DNA of 55,284 nucleotides from an uncultured Clostridium sp. (GTDB lineage Bacteria; Bacillota; Clostridia; TANB77; CAG-508): NCBI GenBank assembly GCA_947574235.1, contig CANPIU010000004.1, positions 1 to 55,284 of the forward strand, read 5' to 3'. Shown piece by piece: positions 30,209 to 40,281 of this stretch (position 1 is its first letter; each line of letters starts with the position of its first letter). The notes under the pieces were generated by a model. It saw only the letters and a program-made list of their open reading frames with translations, ran no database searches and was not told where the DNA came from. The position numbers and the translations under genes were made by a program.

Positions 30209-30297
30209 ATGTTTGCATTTGGAAGCTTCGTGAGGTAAAAGAATTAAGAAAGGAATTGCCTGAAGATAAATGGCAATTTGTAAGGGAGATATAATCT

Positions 30298-30690
30298 ATG
30301 AAAAAATATAAAATTGCGTCAATATTAATGTTTATACACGGAGCATTTTTGGAAATAGGAGGGTGTTTATGTCTTATTCCTATAATTATTATGGGGAGTC
30401 ATAAATTCAATATAAACCAACATTTTTCATTTATTGTTCCCTATTTTGAAGACAATATGAATTTAATGCTTGTAATGGGTGCAATTTATGGAACTGTGAG
30501 AATTATAGGAGCAGTTGGATTATGGAAAAACAGATTGTGGGGATTAGTGTTATCAGTAATAAATTGTGCTATTACAATGGCTTTAATGATGTTTATGTTA
30601 CCAGCAGGAATAATAGATGGAATATTTGCTTGTAGTGCTTTGATTTTAATTTTGACACAATACTTTGGAAATAAGAAAATAACACCATAG
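30298..30690 (+). CDS. Small membrane protein, unknown function
   Basis: 130 aa, four predicted TM helices, GGGAGA RBS. Confidence 0.5.
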   Translation: MKKYKIASILMFIHGAFLEIGGCLCLIPIIIMGSHKFNINQHFSFIVPYFEDNMNLMLVMGAIYGTVRIIGAVGLWKNRLWGLVLSVINCAITMALMMFMLPAGIIDGIFACSALILILTQYFGNKKITP

Positions 30691-30718
30691 GATAGGAAGT
30701 TATAAGGAGAAAATTACA

Positions 30719-31057
30719 ATGAAAGAAAAGATTAAAAATATTTTGTCAAATTCTATCATTATATTTATAATATGTTTTTTGTTTTTATTTATATTTCAAG
30801 TTTATCAAGATTATAACTATTACAGAGTATATAGTAAAGAGGAATTAGCAGAGTTTTTTTCTATTAAAGATACTGTACTTTGGAATTTAAAACAATTGCT
30901 ATATTGGAGTATTACTCAAATGATAATAGTTGTGCCAATACTTGCAATTTTAGAAAAAACTAAGATTAAAAATAGCATTAAAATTATGATAACTTTAATT
31001 TTAACCTTTATTATTAGTTTTATCTACATAATTTTAAATTTCACAATTACTTTTTAG
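30719..31057 (+). CDS. Small membrane protein, unknown function
   Basis: 112 aa, three hydrophobic helices, AAGGAGA RBS. Confidence 0.5.
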   Translation: MKEKIKNILSNSIIIFIICFLFLFIFQVYQDYNYYRVYSKEELAEFFSIKDTVLWNLKQLLYWSITQMIIVVPILAILEKTKIKNSIKIMITLILTFIISFIYIILNFTITF

Positions 31058-31386
31058 TAATTAATAACTAAAGATTAAAGAATTATTATTAAAGTAATCC
31101 TACAGATATTTCAAAGAAAAGAAATTGGTGATTTTTGTAAGAGAATTTTTTTGTCTTATGAATTAAAAAATGTTGATATTAGCATTATTTTGTTATTAAA
31201 TACAAGCAATAGTTCTGGCGTAAAATGTGAGGCGATTAGTATGGAACAATATAGAAAATTTAAAAGATTTGATTATATATTAAAGTTAAAATAACCAAAA
31301 TATATCTGTTGATTTTTAATATAATGAAGAAGATTACATACCAATGGAAATACTAAAAAATTACAAGTTCAAAAGGAGTTAGAATT

Positions 31387-31803
31387 ATGAAAGATGCAGA
31401 AAAAACTATTGGAAATATGATAGACAAGCAAAGCGTTTGCTATATCAGTTCTATCGATAATGATGGATTTCCAAATACCAAAGCAATGCTAAAACCTAGA
31501 AAAAGAAATGGAATAAAGGAAATTTATTTTTCAACCGATACCTCTTCATTAAAGGTGCAATCATTTAAGAATAATCCAAAGGCTTGTGTTTATTTTTATG
31601 ATAAGAGATTTAATAGAGGAATAATGCTTAAAGGAACAGTAGAAGTTTTAGAAGATAAAGAATCGAAAGAAATGATATGGCAATTTGGAGATACTATGTA
31701 TTATTAAAAAGGTGTAACTGATTCAGATTACTGTGTATTGAAGTTTACTTCTATTTCAGTAAGATATTATAGTAATTTTAAATTAGAAGATATAGAAATA
31801 TAA
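31387..31803 (+). pseudogene. Pyridoxamine 5'-phosphate oxidase-family protein interrupted by an in-frame TAA
   Basis: ORF 31387..31707 ends ...QFGDTMYY-TAA (31705-31707). The same frame continues KGVTDSDYCVLKFTSISVRYYSNFKLEDIEI-stop (31801-31803), which is the expected C-terminal strand of this fold. Confidence 0.6.
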
Positions 31804-31985
31804 CAATAAGTAGGGTAGATTAATTACAATAGATAGAACAACAGATAATTAAGTTGAAATTATCTGTTGTTTGTTATATAATCGTAACAAGAATTAGTAA
31901 GTTATAAGGGGAGTAAAATGAATATTTTTAAAAAGAAAAAAGAGAAAATAAAGGAACTAATTGATTATAAGGGTAATGTGGGTGC

Positions 31986-32276
31986 ATGGCAACCAATAGG
32001 ATTACAATAGAAGGATGGAAAGTTGGATATATGTATAGAGATGAACCTAGTACAGTTTTCCCAGATAGTGGGTGGAGATTTTTCAAAGGAGATGAAGACG
32101 AAAATTATAGTAACAATCCCGACAATTATTTAATTTATAAGTTGAATACGATTTGTAATTATGATGAAGCAATTATTCCATATTTAAATATGCCAGTTGG
32201 AACTTATCTCATAAAAACAAAGGATAACAAATTTATTGTAGATGATGGTAAACAAGAAATATTTATGACAAAGTAA
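31986..32276 (+). CDS. DUF2185 (Imm33-like immunity) domain protein
   Basis: ITIEGWKVGYMYRDEP...DSGWRFFKGDEDENYSNNPDNYLIYKLNTI matches my recollection of DUF2185. A better RBS serves ATG 31918 in another frame, so the N-terminus is uncertain. Confidence 0.55.
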   Translation: MATNRITIEGWKVGYMYRDEPSTVFPDSGWRFFKGDEDENYSNNPDNYLIYKLNTICNYDEAIIPYLNMPVGTYLIKTKDNKFIVDDGKQEIFMTK

Positions 32277-32312
32277 AAGGATAAGGATGAATTATGTAAG
32301 GAGGATTAGAAA

Positions 32313-32576
32313 ATGGAAAAAGATTATATTATAGCAAGGGTAAAAGATGCATCTGGTGACAATTTTGATAAATTTGAGCATACAATAATTGGACTATATG
32401 ATAGTGAAGAGAATATTTCAAATGCTTTTGAGAAATGGTTAAGCGAGCATAATGCGGCTGCAGCGATTAATCACAGGTTTTTTTTAGAGGTGTTGGATAT
32501 AAACCTTAATGAATATGCAGATTTATCATCAAGAGCCAAAGGAGTTTGGAGAAGAATAAAGGAATATGAAAAATAA
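32313..32576 (+). CDS. Hypothetical protein
   Basis: 87-aa ORF with an AGGAGGA RBS. No recognisable motif. Confidence 0.45.
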   Translation: MEKDYIIARVKDASGDNFDKFEHTIIGLYDSEENISNAFEKWLSEHNAAAAINHRFFLEVLDINLNEYADLSSRAKGVWRRIKEYEK

Positions 32577-33471
32577 AATAATAAATACCATTTTAAAACA
32601 GAATATAACACTGTTTGGAAGCAATCCAAAAGTAGAAAAAATTAACGTAGGATTTACCAATACAATATACAATGTAAATGATTTATATATTGTTAAAATT
32701 TGCACCAATAGTAGCAATGAAAAAAATTTTCAAAAAGAAATTGATTTTTATGAAGCAAACGAAGACAACCGTTTAATTCCAAAGCGATATGCTTCCAATA
32801 CGGACAAAAAAGATATTCCCTATTTTTATGAAATAATAGAAAAAATAGATGGAGTTTCTTTATATCATGTATGGCATACTTTTAACGAAGAACAAAGAGA
32901 AGAAGTGATAAAGCAACTATGTATGGCTATTAAGAGTATTCATCGCAATACTGGCGAAAGTTATGATTGGACAAAAAAAGTAAAAAATCAATTTGTATCA
33001 TTATATGAAAAAGCAAAGGAACTTAACCTATTTAGTGAGAAAGAACAAAAACTTCTTGCTGATGCCTATACGAAATTTGAGAAATATTTAGCATCAAATG
33101 ACTTTGTTTTAATTCATAATGATTTACATTTTGATAATATATTTATTAATAATGGTAAGATTAAATTAATCGATTTTGAAAGGTCAATATATGCGCCTAG
33201 AGATTTTGAACTAGATATTCTTTATAAGAAGATTAGAAAACCTTGGAAATTTGCGAGTGAAGAAACTGAAAAATATGTTGATGCAGGTCACTATTCAAAC
33301 ATAATGTCACAAATAGAAAAATATTATCCAGAATTAGTTAATATTCCAAATTTGTATTTAAGATTAGCTATTTATGATATAGTGTATTTTTTGAAGCACT
33401 TAGTACAATATCCAGAGATAGAGGAATTAAAAAATGATGTTCTATCTGCTGCTAAAAAGGTGTCTCATTAA
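32566..33471 (+). CDS. Aminoglycoside/choline-kinase-type phosphotransferase (APH family)
   Basis: Brenner motif LIHNDLHFDNIF and the downstream IDFERS (DFE) metal-binding motif. Confidence 0.75.
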   Translation: MKNKIINTILKQNITLFGSNPKVEKINVGFTNTIYNVNDLYIVKICTNSSNEKNFQKEIDFYEANEDNRLIPKRYASNTDKKDIPYFYEIIEKIDGVSLYHVWHTFNEEQREEVIKQLCMAIKSIHRNTGESYDWTKKVKNQFVSLYEKAKELNLFSEKEQKLLADAYTKFEKYLASNDFVLIHNDLHFDNIFINNGKIKLIDFERSIYAPRDFELDILYKKIRKPWKFASEETEKYVDAGHYSNIMSQIEKYYPELVNIPNLYLRLAIYDIVYFLKHLVQYPEIEELKNDVLSAAKKVSH

Positions 33472-33488
33472 ATGGAAAAGGAGCAGTT

Positions 33489-34007
33489 ATGAATAAAATA
33501 TCTATAATAGGGTGTAGTGGAACGGGAAAAACAACACTTGCTAATAATTTAGGAAAAGAACTTAAATTACCAGTATATCATCTTGATGGAATAAATTACT
33601 TTAGTAATTGGGAAAAAAGAGATGAAGAGGAACGTGATAAAATAATTTTAGAAAAGGCAGACGAAGATAAATGGATTATAGATGGAACCTATAATTCTAC
33701 ACTGCCACAAAGACTAGAAAAATCAGATTTAATTATTTTTTTGGATTATTCGTCTTTTACCTATATAAGAGGAATAGTCAGTAGATTTATTAAGAATAGA
33801 GGGAAAGAAAAGGCAGAAATTCCTGGTTGCGAAGAACAAATGAATCGTGAATTTTTTTGGTGGGTTGTTAATTGGAAAAGAAACAAAAGAAAAAGAATAA
33901 TGGAAATGTTGCATCAAGTTAACGGTAATAAAGTATCTATTTTTAAAAATAGAAGGCAATTGAACAAATGGTATTTAAATTTGTTTAATAAAAAAATGGA
34001 AGTTTAA
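33489..34007 (+). CDS. P-loop kinase-like protein (adenylate kinase / topology-modulation FlaR-like)
   Basis: ISIIGCSGTGKTTLA Walker A at the N-terminus; 172 aa. Confidence 0.65.
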   Translation: MNKISIIGCSGTGKTTLANNLGKELKLPVYHLDGINYFSNWEKRDEEERDKIILEKADEDKWIIDGTYNSTLPQRLEKSDLIIFLDYSSFTYIRGIVSRFIKNRGKEKAEIPGCEEQMNREFFWWVVNWKRNKRKRIMEMLHQVNGNKVSIFKNRRQLNKWYLNLFNKKMEV

Positions 34008-34109
34008 TAAAGCATAAAGTTTTAATTTCCTAAAAGGAAACGTCCCTAAAGGCACACTTGCTATTTTTTTTAACATATAGTAAAATAGACAAGATAAAGG
34101 AGAGCGAAG

Positions 34110-34982
34110 ATGAACCTAAAAGATATTAAAGAAATATTACCATTTGTGAGTAAAATAAAAGTTTATGCCTTTGTGGGACCTTCCGGAACAGGGAAAAGTT
34201 ACAGGGCGCAAATGGTAGCAGGAGAAAAAGATACCCATTTTATTATCGATGATGGCTTGCTAATCAAAGACAACGAAGTCGTAGCAGGAGAGTCTGCTAA
34301 AAAAGCATCTACTAAGGTTGCCACTGTTAAGCATGCCCTTTTTTATGAAGAGGAAGAAAAAGAAGAAATCATAAAAGCCTTAAAGAAATATAAGCCACAA
34401 AGTATATTAATTTTAGGAACTTCCGATGGTATGGTGCAAAAAATTGCAGCTAATTTAGGACTGCCAGAAATTTCAGAAACTACCTATATTACGGACGTTG
34501 CAACAGAAGCGGAAATGCAAACCGCAAGAAGAATTCGTGTAACAGAAGGAAAACATGTTATCCCAGTGCCAACCTTTGAAATAAAAAAAGACTTTTCAGG
34601 CTATTTATTAGATCCTTTGCAGATTTTTAAATCAAAAGGAAAAGGTCAAAAGCCCTATATTTCAGAAAAATCAATCATAAGACCAACCTTTAGTTATATG
34701 GGACGATTTACCATTTCGGACTTAGTATTCAGGCAAATTGTCGAATTTCTAGCCGTGCAAACACCAGCTATTTATAAAATTCTAAAAACTAGGGTGGAGA
34801 ACTATGGGGATGGTGCGAAAATTTATATGGAAGTGACCATACTGTATGGCTATAATGTGATAGAAGGTCTAAAAGATTTTAAACAAAAAGCGAAAAAAGA
34901 GATTGAAAAGCTAACAGCTATGAACGTAGTGGAATTAGACGTAGTAGCCAAAAATATTTATGTACCAGAAAGGGAGGAATAA
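34110..34982 (+). CDS. P-loop NTPase fused to an Asp23/Gls24-like C-terminal domain
   Basis: FVGPSGTGKSY Walker A. C-terminal FTISDLVFRQIVEFLAVQTPAIYKI...YMEVTILYGYNVIEGLKDFKQKAKKEIEKLTAMNV resembles the Asp23 family. Confidence 0.55.
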   Translation: MNLKDIKEILPFVSKIKVYAFVGPSGTGKSYRAQMVAGEKDTHFIIDDGLLIKDNEVVAGESAKKASTKVATVKHALFYEEEEKEEIIKALKKYKPQSILILGTSDGMVQKIAANLGLPEISETTYITDVATEAEMQTARRIRVTEGKHVIPVPTFEIKKDFSGYLLDPLQIFKSKGKGQKPYISEKSIIRPTFSYMGRFTISDLVFRQIVEFLAVQTPAIYKILKTRVENYGDGAKIYMEVTILYGYNVIEGLKDFKQKAKKEIEKLTAMNVVELDVVAKNIYVPEREE

Positions 34983-34984
34983 AA

Positions 34985-35647
34985 GTGTCATTTATTGTTG
35001 CTATTGATGGTCCAGCAGGTAGTGGAAAAGGAAGCGTTACCAAAAAAGTAGGAGAAAAATTGGGGCTAATTAATATTGATACAGGGGCTATGTTTCGTTG
35101 TGTTACCTTAAACATGATACAAGAAAAAGTAGCTTTAGAGGAAGAAGAAAAAATAAGAGAGATATTAAGAAACATAGAAATTGACTTAAAAGAAAACGAA
35201 GAAGTTTTTCTAAATGGCATAAACGTAAGCCAAAAAATAAGAGAAAACGAAGTAACGAAAAATGTATCACCTGTATCTGTCATCCCTATGGTAAGAGAAA
35301 AATTGTTAATTCTTCAAAGAAAGATGGCAGAGGGAAAAAACGTAATTATGGAAGGAAGGGACATTGGAACCGTTGTATTTCCCAACGCTAATGTAAAAAT
35401 CTATTTAGATGCTTCGCCAGAAGAAAGAGCAAGACGAAGAGTCAAACAAAACCAAGAAAAAGGCATACAAAGTTCTTATGAAGAAGTATTAAGAAGTATA
35501 ATGGATCGAGACAAAAGAGATAAAAACCGAGAAATAGCACCATTAAAACAAGCTGAAGATGCCATTTATATCGATTCAAGCAATATGACAATTGGCGAAG
35601 TTGTCGATAACATTGTTAAAATCATCCAAGAAAAAGTAGGAAAATAG
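34985..35647 (+). CDS. cmk: Cytidylate kinase
   Basis: GTG start. IAIDGPAGSGKGSV, MEGRDIGTVVFP, RRR lid. Confidence 0.92.
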   Translation: MSFIVAIDGPAGSGKGSVTKKVGEKLGLINIDTGAMFRCVTLNMIQEKVALEEEEKIREILRNIEIDLKENEEVFLNGINVSQKIRENEVTKNVSPVSVIPMVREKLLILQRKMAEGKNVIMEGRDIGTVVFPNANVKIYLDASPEERARRRVKQNQEKGIQSSYEEVLRSIMDRDKRDKNREIAPLKQAEDAIYIDSSNMTIGEVVDNIVKIIQEKVGK

Positions 35648-35654
35648 AAAGTGA

Positions 35655-36248
35655 GTGAAGAACGTGAAAAAAGTAATTAAGTGGATTGTAAGAGGGGCTA
35701 TCTATTTATGGTGTAAAATCTATTATCGAGTAGAAATTAAGGGATTAGAAAACATACCAAAAGACGAGCCACTTATCTTTTGTGGCAATCATAGAACCTA
35801 CTTAGACCCACCACTAATGGTAGCAACCGCTAAGCGAGATATGCGTTTTCTTGCCAAAGACGAGCTTGCTAAAAATCCATTTTTGAATTTTTTAGGTAAT
35901 GTATTTGATGCTATCCATGTTAAAAGAGATGAAAAAGACATAACAGCCGTCAAAGAGTCACTAAAAGCCTTAAAAAATGGACAATGCATCGCCTTATTTC
36001 CAGAGGGGACTAGAAATGGATTAGAAAAAGGCGAAAAAGTAAAAGATGGGGTAGCCTTTTTTGCCGTAAGAAGTGGTGCTAAAGTATTGCCATGTGGCAT
36101 TAAAGGAGGAACCAAAGAACACCGACAAGTTACCATTACTTATGGTAAGCCATTAGATTATAGTCAATATAAAGGAAGCAAAGATAAAGAAGTATTAGAA
36201 AAAATTACAAAAGAGATAATGGAAGCTATTATGGAATTGACAAAATAG
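35655..36248 (+). CDS. plsC: 1-acyl-sn-glycerol-3-phosphate acyltransferase
   Basis: HX4D motif (GNHRTYLDPP) and FPEGTR motif. Confidence 0.85.
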   Translation: MKNVKKVIKWIVRGAIYLWCKIYYRVEIKGLENIPKDEPLIFCGNHRTYLDPPLMVATAKRDMRFLAKDELAKNPFLNFLGNVFDAIHVKRDEKDITAVKESLKALKNGQCIALFPEGTRNGLEKGEKVKDGVAFFAVRSGAKVLPCGIKGGTKEHRQVTITYGKPLDYSQYKGSKDKEVLEKITKEIMEAIMELTK

Positions 36249-36306
36249 CCCTAAAGGTGTATAATTAGGGCTTGGAAATGCAGTAATTTAGGAGGAATAA
36301 TAAAAA

Positions 36307-38118
36307 ATGAACAATCAAAATATTAGAAATATCGCAATCATTGCACACGTAGACCATGGAAAAACTACATTAGTAGATGCTTTGCTAAGACAAAGTCATA
36401 TTTTTAGAGAAAATGAACAAGTACAAGAAAGAGTGATGGACTCGAATGACCAAGAAAAGGAAAGAGGAATTACCATACTTTCTAAAAATACTTCTGTTAT
36501 GCATGGAGACGTTAAAATCAATATCGTAGATACGCCAGGACATGCTGACTTTGGAGGAGAAGTAGAAAGGGTTTTAAAGACCGTTGATGGTGTTTTATTA
36601 TTGGTAGATGCCTTTGAAGGTGCTATGCCACAAACCAGAGAAGTGTTGAAAAAGTCACTAGCGTTAGGACTAAAACCAATTGTGGTTATTAATAAAATCG
36701 ATAGACCGGGAGCAACACCTGAAAAGGTAGTAGACCAAGTCATTGAGTTATTTATTGAGTTAAATGCTACAGATGAACAATTAGATTTTCCAGTGGTATA
36801 TGCCTCTGCTAAAAATGGAATTGCTAAAATGGATTTAAAGGATGAAACAGAAGATTTAAGTTGCTTATTTGAAACCATGATAAATACCATCAAAGCACCA
36901 GATTGTGATGAAGAAGGGCCAGCCCAAATGTTAGTATCTAACATTGATTATGATGATTATGTTGGAAGAATTGCAGTCGGTAGGGTAGAAAGAGGAAGTA
37001 TTAAAACCGGTATGCCAGTATCGATTTGTGGAAAAGAAGATAAAGTTACACAAGGAAGAATTGCCAAAGTTTATACGCATGTAGGCTTAAATAAAGTAGA
37101 AGTAGAAGAAGGGAAGGCAGGAGATATTATAGAACTTGCTGGACTTCCAGATATCAACATAGGAGATACGATTTGTGATTTTAACCATCCAGAAAAAATA
37201 CCATTTGTGGATATTGACGAGCCAACAGTTTCTATGACATTTAGTGTAAACAATGGACCTTTTGCCGGAAAAGAAGGGCAATTTATTACTTCAAGACACA
37301 TTAGAGATAGATTGTTTAAAGAATTAGAAAGAAATGTATCTTTGCGAGTAAAAGAAACAGATTCACCAGATTCCTTTGAAGTATCAGGAAGAGGAGAGTT
37401 ACATTTATCGGTATTAATTGAAACCATGAGAAGAGAAGGTTTTGAACTTTTAGTATCTAGACCAAAGGTTATTATTAAGGAAATCGATGGTGTGAAATCC
37501 GAACCAATTGAAAGCTTAGTGGTAAATGTTCCAGATGATTGTGTGGGAAATGTGATTGAAAAGTTAGGTAGAAGAAAGGCTGAAATGGTAAATATGGAGC
37601 CAGCAGAGGCAGGTCATACCAAAATAGAATTTAAAATTCCAGCAAGGGGATTAATTGGCTATCGTACGGAGTTTTTAACAGATACGAAAGGAGAAGGTAC
37701 GATGAACCATATTTTTGATTCCTACCAACCATTTAAAGGAGATATCCAGGCACGTGTTAGAGGAACGATTGTTGCTTTTGAAAATGGAAAATCAGTAACC
37801 TATGGACTATACAATGCACAAGACAAAGGAGAATTATTTATTGGACCAGGTGTTGAAGTGTATGAAGGCATGATTGTTGGGCTTAATTCTAGAGGTGAAG
37901 ATTTAGCGATTAATGTATGTAAAGAAAAACATTTAACCAATACAAGAGCCTCTGGTTCTGATGATGCTCTTCGTTTAGTACCACCAATTCAAATGTCTTT
38001 AGAAAAAGCAATTGAGTTTATTCAAGATGATGAATTAGTAGAGGTTACACCCGTATCTATTCGTCTAAGAAAGAAGATTTTGGATAGTAAAGAAAGAGAA
38101 AGAGCGAATCGACGTTAA
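36307..38118 (+). CDS. typA: Translational GTPase TypA/BipA
   Basis: IRNIAIIAHVDHGKTTL, DTPGHADFGGEVER, NKIDR; 603 aa. Confidence 0.95.
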   Translation: MNNQNIRNIAIIAHVDHGKTTLVDALLRQSHIFRENEQVQERVMDSNDQEKERGITILSKNTSVMHGDVKINIVDTPGHADFGGEVERVLKTVDGVLLLVDAFEGAMPQTREVLKKSLALGLKPIVVINKIDRPGATPEKVVDQVIELFIELNATDEQLDFPVVYASAKNGIAKMDLKDETEDLSCLFETMINTIKAPDCDEEGPAQMLVSNIDYDDYVGRIAVGRVERGSIKTGMPVSICGKEDKVTQGRIAKVYTHVGLNKVEVEEGKAGDIIELAGLPDINIGDTICDFNHPEKIPFVDIDEPTVSMTFSVNNGPFAGKEGQFITSRHIRDRLFKELERNVSLRVKETDSPDSFEVSGRGELHLSVLIETMRREGFELLVSRPKVIIKEIDGVKSEPIESLVVNVPDDCVGNVIEKLGRRKAEMVNMEPAEAGHTKIEFKIPARGLIGYRTEFLTDTKGEGTMNHIFDSYQPFKGDIQARVRGTIVAFENGKSVTYGLYNAQDKGELFIGPGVEVYEGMIVGLNSRGEDLAINVCKEKHLTNTRASGSDDALRLVPPIQMSLEKAIEFIQDDELVEVTPVSIRLRKKILDSKERERANRR

Positions 38119-38135
38119 GGGAGAAATACTAGAAA

Positions 38136-38477
38136 ATGTCAAGAAGTAGAAGAAAGTTTAAAGAAAAAATAAAGTATACAGGGAAAGTAGTTCGAGACAT
38201 AGACATTATATTAAATGCTGGGAAAAATGAACAAATAAGACAAAAAGAAAAAGAAAGATTAAGTCAAGATATTAAAATAAGAAAGTACGTTAGAAGAAAA
38301 TTAGAAGAATATCTAGAAGAGGGGGACAGCAGTGAAAAAGCAGCTGATTTAATTGCGCAAGAAGAAGGAATTGCCAAGCATTTTAGTAGTTATACTGAAA
38401 AAGGAATTGATATTAAAGAAATGTTTAAAAATTGGGTACAAGAACTAGAGTATAGTAGTGATGGAGAAGAAAGATAA
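38136..38477 (+). CDS. Hypothetical charged protein
   Basis: 113-aa lysine- and glutamate-rich ORF. Its stop overlaps the start of the next gene (TAAATG). Confidence 0.45.
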   Translation: MSRSRRKFKEKIKYTGKVVRDIDIILNAGKNEQIRQKEKERLSQDIKIRKYVRRKLEEYLEEGDSSEKAADLIAQEEGIAKHFSSYTEKGIDIKEMFKNWVQELEYSSDGEER

Positions 38478-39080
38478 ATGAACCAACAAGAACTAGAAAA
38501 AATAAAGAAAAAGGCATTAGAAGACCACATACCAATCATTATGGACGATACGTTAGTAGTAATGGAGAAATATTTAAGCCAAATGAAACCAGAGAAAATC
38601 TTAGAAATAGGAACAGCAGTAGGATATTCTGCAATTTGCTTTACGAACTTTTTAGCTGAAAATGGTAGAATTGATACCATAGAAAGAGATGAGGAAAGAG
38701 TAAAGGAAGCTAAGGAAAATATTAAGAAAGTTGGCGTAGTAGATAAAATTCAAATCTACGAAGGCGATGCTACCCAAATTCTGCCAACCTTAAAGGAAAA
38801 ATATGATGCTATTTTTATTGATGCTGCTAAAGGAAAATATCCATTTTTCTTAAAAGAAGCATTGAGGATGATTAAGCCAAATGGTATGATTTTTGCGGAT
38901 AATATTTTGTATAAAGGCTATGTTTTAAGTGATTATAATAAGCATAAACAACGTACAGCGGTTAGAAATTTGAGGGAATACATAAAAGAGGTTAGTGAAA
39001 ATCCAATGCTTGAGACGGAGATTTTAGAGGTTGGAGATGGTTTGGCTATTAGTAAAATAAAAAGAAAAGAAGGAACCTAA
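38478..39080 (+). CDS. Class I SAM-dependent O-methyltransferase (YrrM/TrmR-like)
   Basis: ILEIGTAVGYS SAM motif and FIDAAKGKY. Lies next to a U32 peptidase, as in the B. subtilis yrrM-yrrN-yrrO locus. Confidence 0.75.
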   Translation: MNQQELEKIKKKALEDHIPIIMDDTLVVMEKYLSQMKPEKILEIGTAVGYSAICFTNFLAENGRIDTIERDEERVKEAKENIKKVGVVDKIQIYEGDATQILPTLKEKYDAIFIDAAKGKYPFFLKEALRMIKPNGMIFADNILYKGYVLSDYNKHKQRTAVRNLREYIKEVSENPMLETEILEVGDGLAISKIKRKEGT

Positions 39081-39099
39081 AATAATAGGAACCTTCTTT

Positions 39100-40281
39100 T
39101 TATTCTTTGGCTGGTGCTTCTTTCAGAGCAGAAGAGTGATTAAGACTTTTTTTCTTTAAATTTTCAATTTCTAGTTGTAATTTTGCACGTTCTTCAGGAA
39201 TTAGCGCAATTTTTAATTTTGTTTGAAGAGCTTCTATTTTTGCTTGTAAAGCCATTTCTTCTAAGTAAGCTTCTTTGGTAATATGAAAAGTATATTCTAA
39301 ACATTTATCATCACTAGGAATATAAGTAATAAGAGAAGTTTGTTTTTTTGTTTCATCATAAATGCAAGTGGTTAATGCATAATGAGGAACTTGATATAAA
39401 GTATTTTTATTAATTTCACGGCTTCCCTTCTTATAATAATTTCGTTTTTGTAAAGGATTTTCTTTGGAATCCCTTTCCATATCTTCAGTTTTATACTGTG
39501 TTTCAAGACTCAAATTGTTTTTTTCACAATAGAAAGAATCTTGTAGTGCAGAATAGCCACTATTTTTAGGAGTAGCAATATAATCCCTTATTTTACAACG
39601 CTCAAATCCAGCATTAGCATAAAAATCTACAGAAACATTTCTCATTTTATAAAGATAAGGAATAAGACTATCTTTATTAGACCTTTTTAAAGTAGCGCCA
39701 GTGATATTACGCATTGCTCCAGTATTCAAATCTCTTATCCATATTTCTTGATTTTTAGCCACAATTTGCTCAGATGGGTTCTTAATAATTATGGTATTGG
39801 GAGAGTTGGGATTTTGCGTATCTGCAGAAAACTCTAAGGCATCACTTTCAATTAAGTTTAGTTCATGAAGACCAGAATTGATATGATAAGTTCCATCGTA
39901 ATAGGTATTTACTTTATCAATTGGAAAATCTACGCTTCTAAGGAATACTTTATTGGCAAATTGGTCTTGTACTTCAGCAATGGAAAAAGGGTCTTTTTTT
40001 AATTTGTCTAATACTTTAGAAAAATAACTAAGAGCAGTTTTTGACCTTCCTCTAATTCCAAAATCTAAATTAGGAAATTTTGTTTTTAATTCTGCATACA
40101 GCTTTTCCTGTAATTCAGCGAAATATTTAATAGAAGTACTGAATTTATCAAATTGTGCAATATAATGATAACCATCAATATGAGAATTATATTTTCTATT
40201 TAAGGCATCGCACTGTTTTTCAAATTGTTTAATAACAATTTCAGAGTGATAATCAATAAATTCATTATTATCCATAGGCAC
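39100..40281 (-). CDS. Divergent RelA/SpoT-homolog (RSH) synthetase-like nucleotidyltransferase with a large insertion and a coiled-coil tail
   Basis: GIRGRSKTALSYFSKVL (compare RxKxxxSxxxK), VQDQFANKVFL (compare DxxGxR), KIRDYIATPKNSGYSALQ (compare DYIxxPKxNGYxSxH), LETQYKT (compare ExQxRT). A 110-aa insert lies between motifs. C-terminal heptad-like region EEMALQAKIEALQTKLK. Confidence 0.6.
   Translation of the reverse strand: MPMDNNEFIDYHSEIVIKQFEKQCDALNRKYNSHIDGYHYIAQFDKFSTSIKYFAELQEKLYAELKTKFPNLDFGIRGRSKTALSYFSKVLDKLKKDPFSIAEVQDQFANKVFLRSVDFPIDKVNTYYDGTYHINSGLHELNLIESDALEFSADTQNPNSPNTIIIKNPSEQIVAKNQEIWIRDLNTGAMRNITGATLKRSNKDSLIPYLYKMRNVSVDFYANAGFERCKIRDYIATPKNSGYSALQDSFYCEKNNLSLETQYKTEDMERDSKENPLQKRNYYKKGSREINKNTLYQVPHYALTTCIYDETKKQTSLITYIPSDDKCLEYTFHITKEAYLEEMALQAKIEALQTKLKIALIPEERAKLQLEIENLKKKSLNHSSALKEAPAKE

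Noticed and set aside
31918-32010. Frameshifted N-terminus of the DUF2185 gene (ATG 31918 with a strong RBS, in a different frame from ORF 31986)
   Set aside because: A joint would need a deletion-type correction in a non-CGG context. ATG 31986 alone gives a complete DUF2185 domain. The evidence is too weak to call, so it is noted as start uncertainty only.
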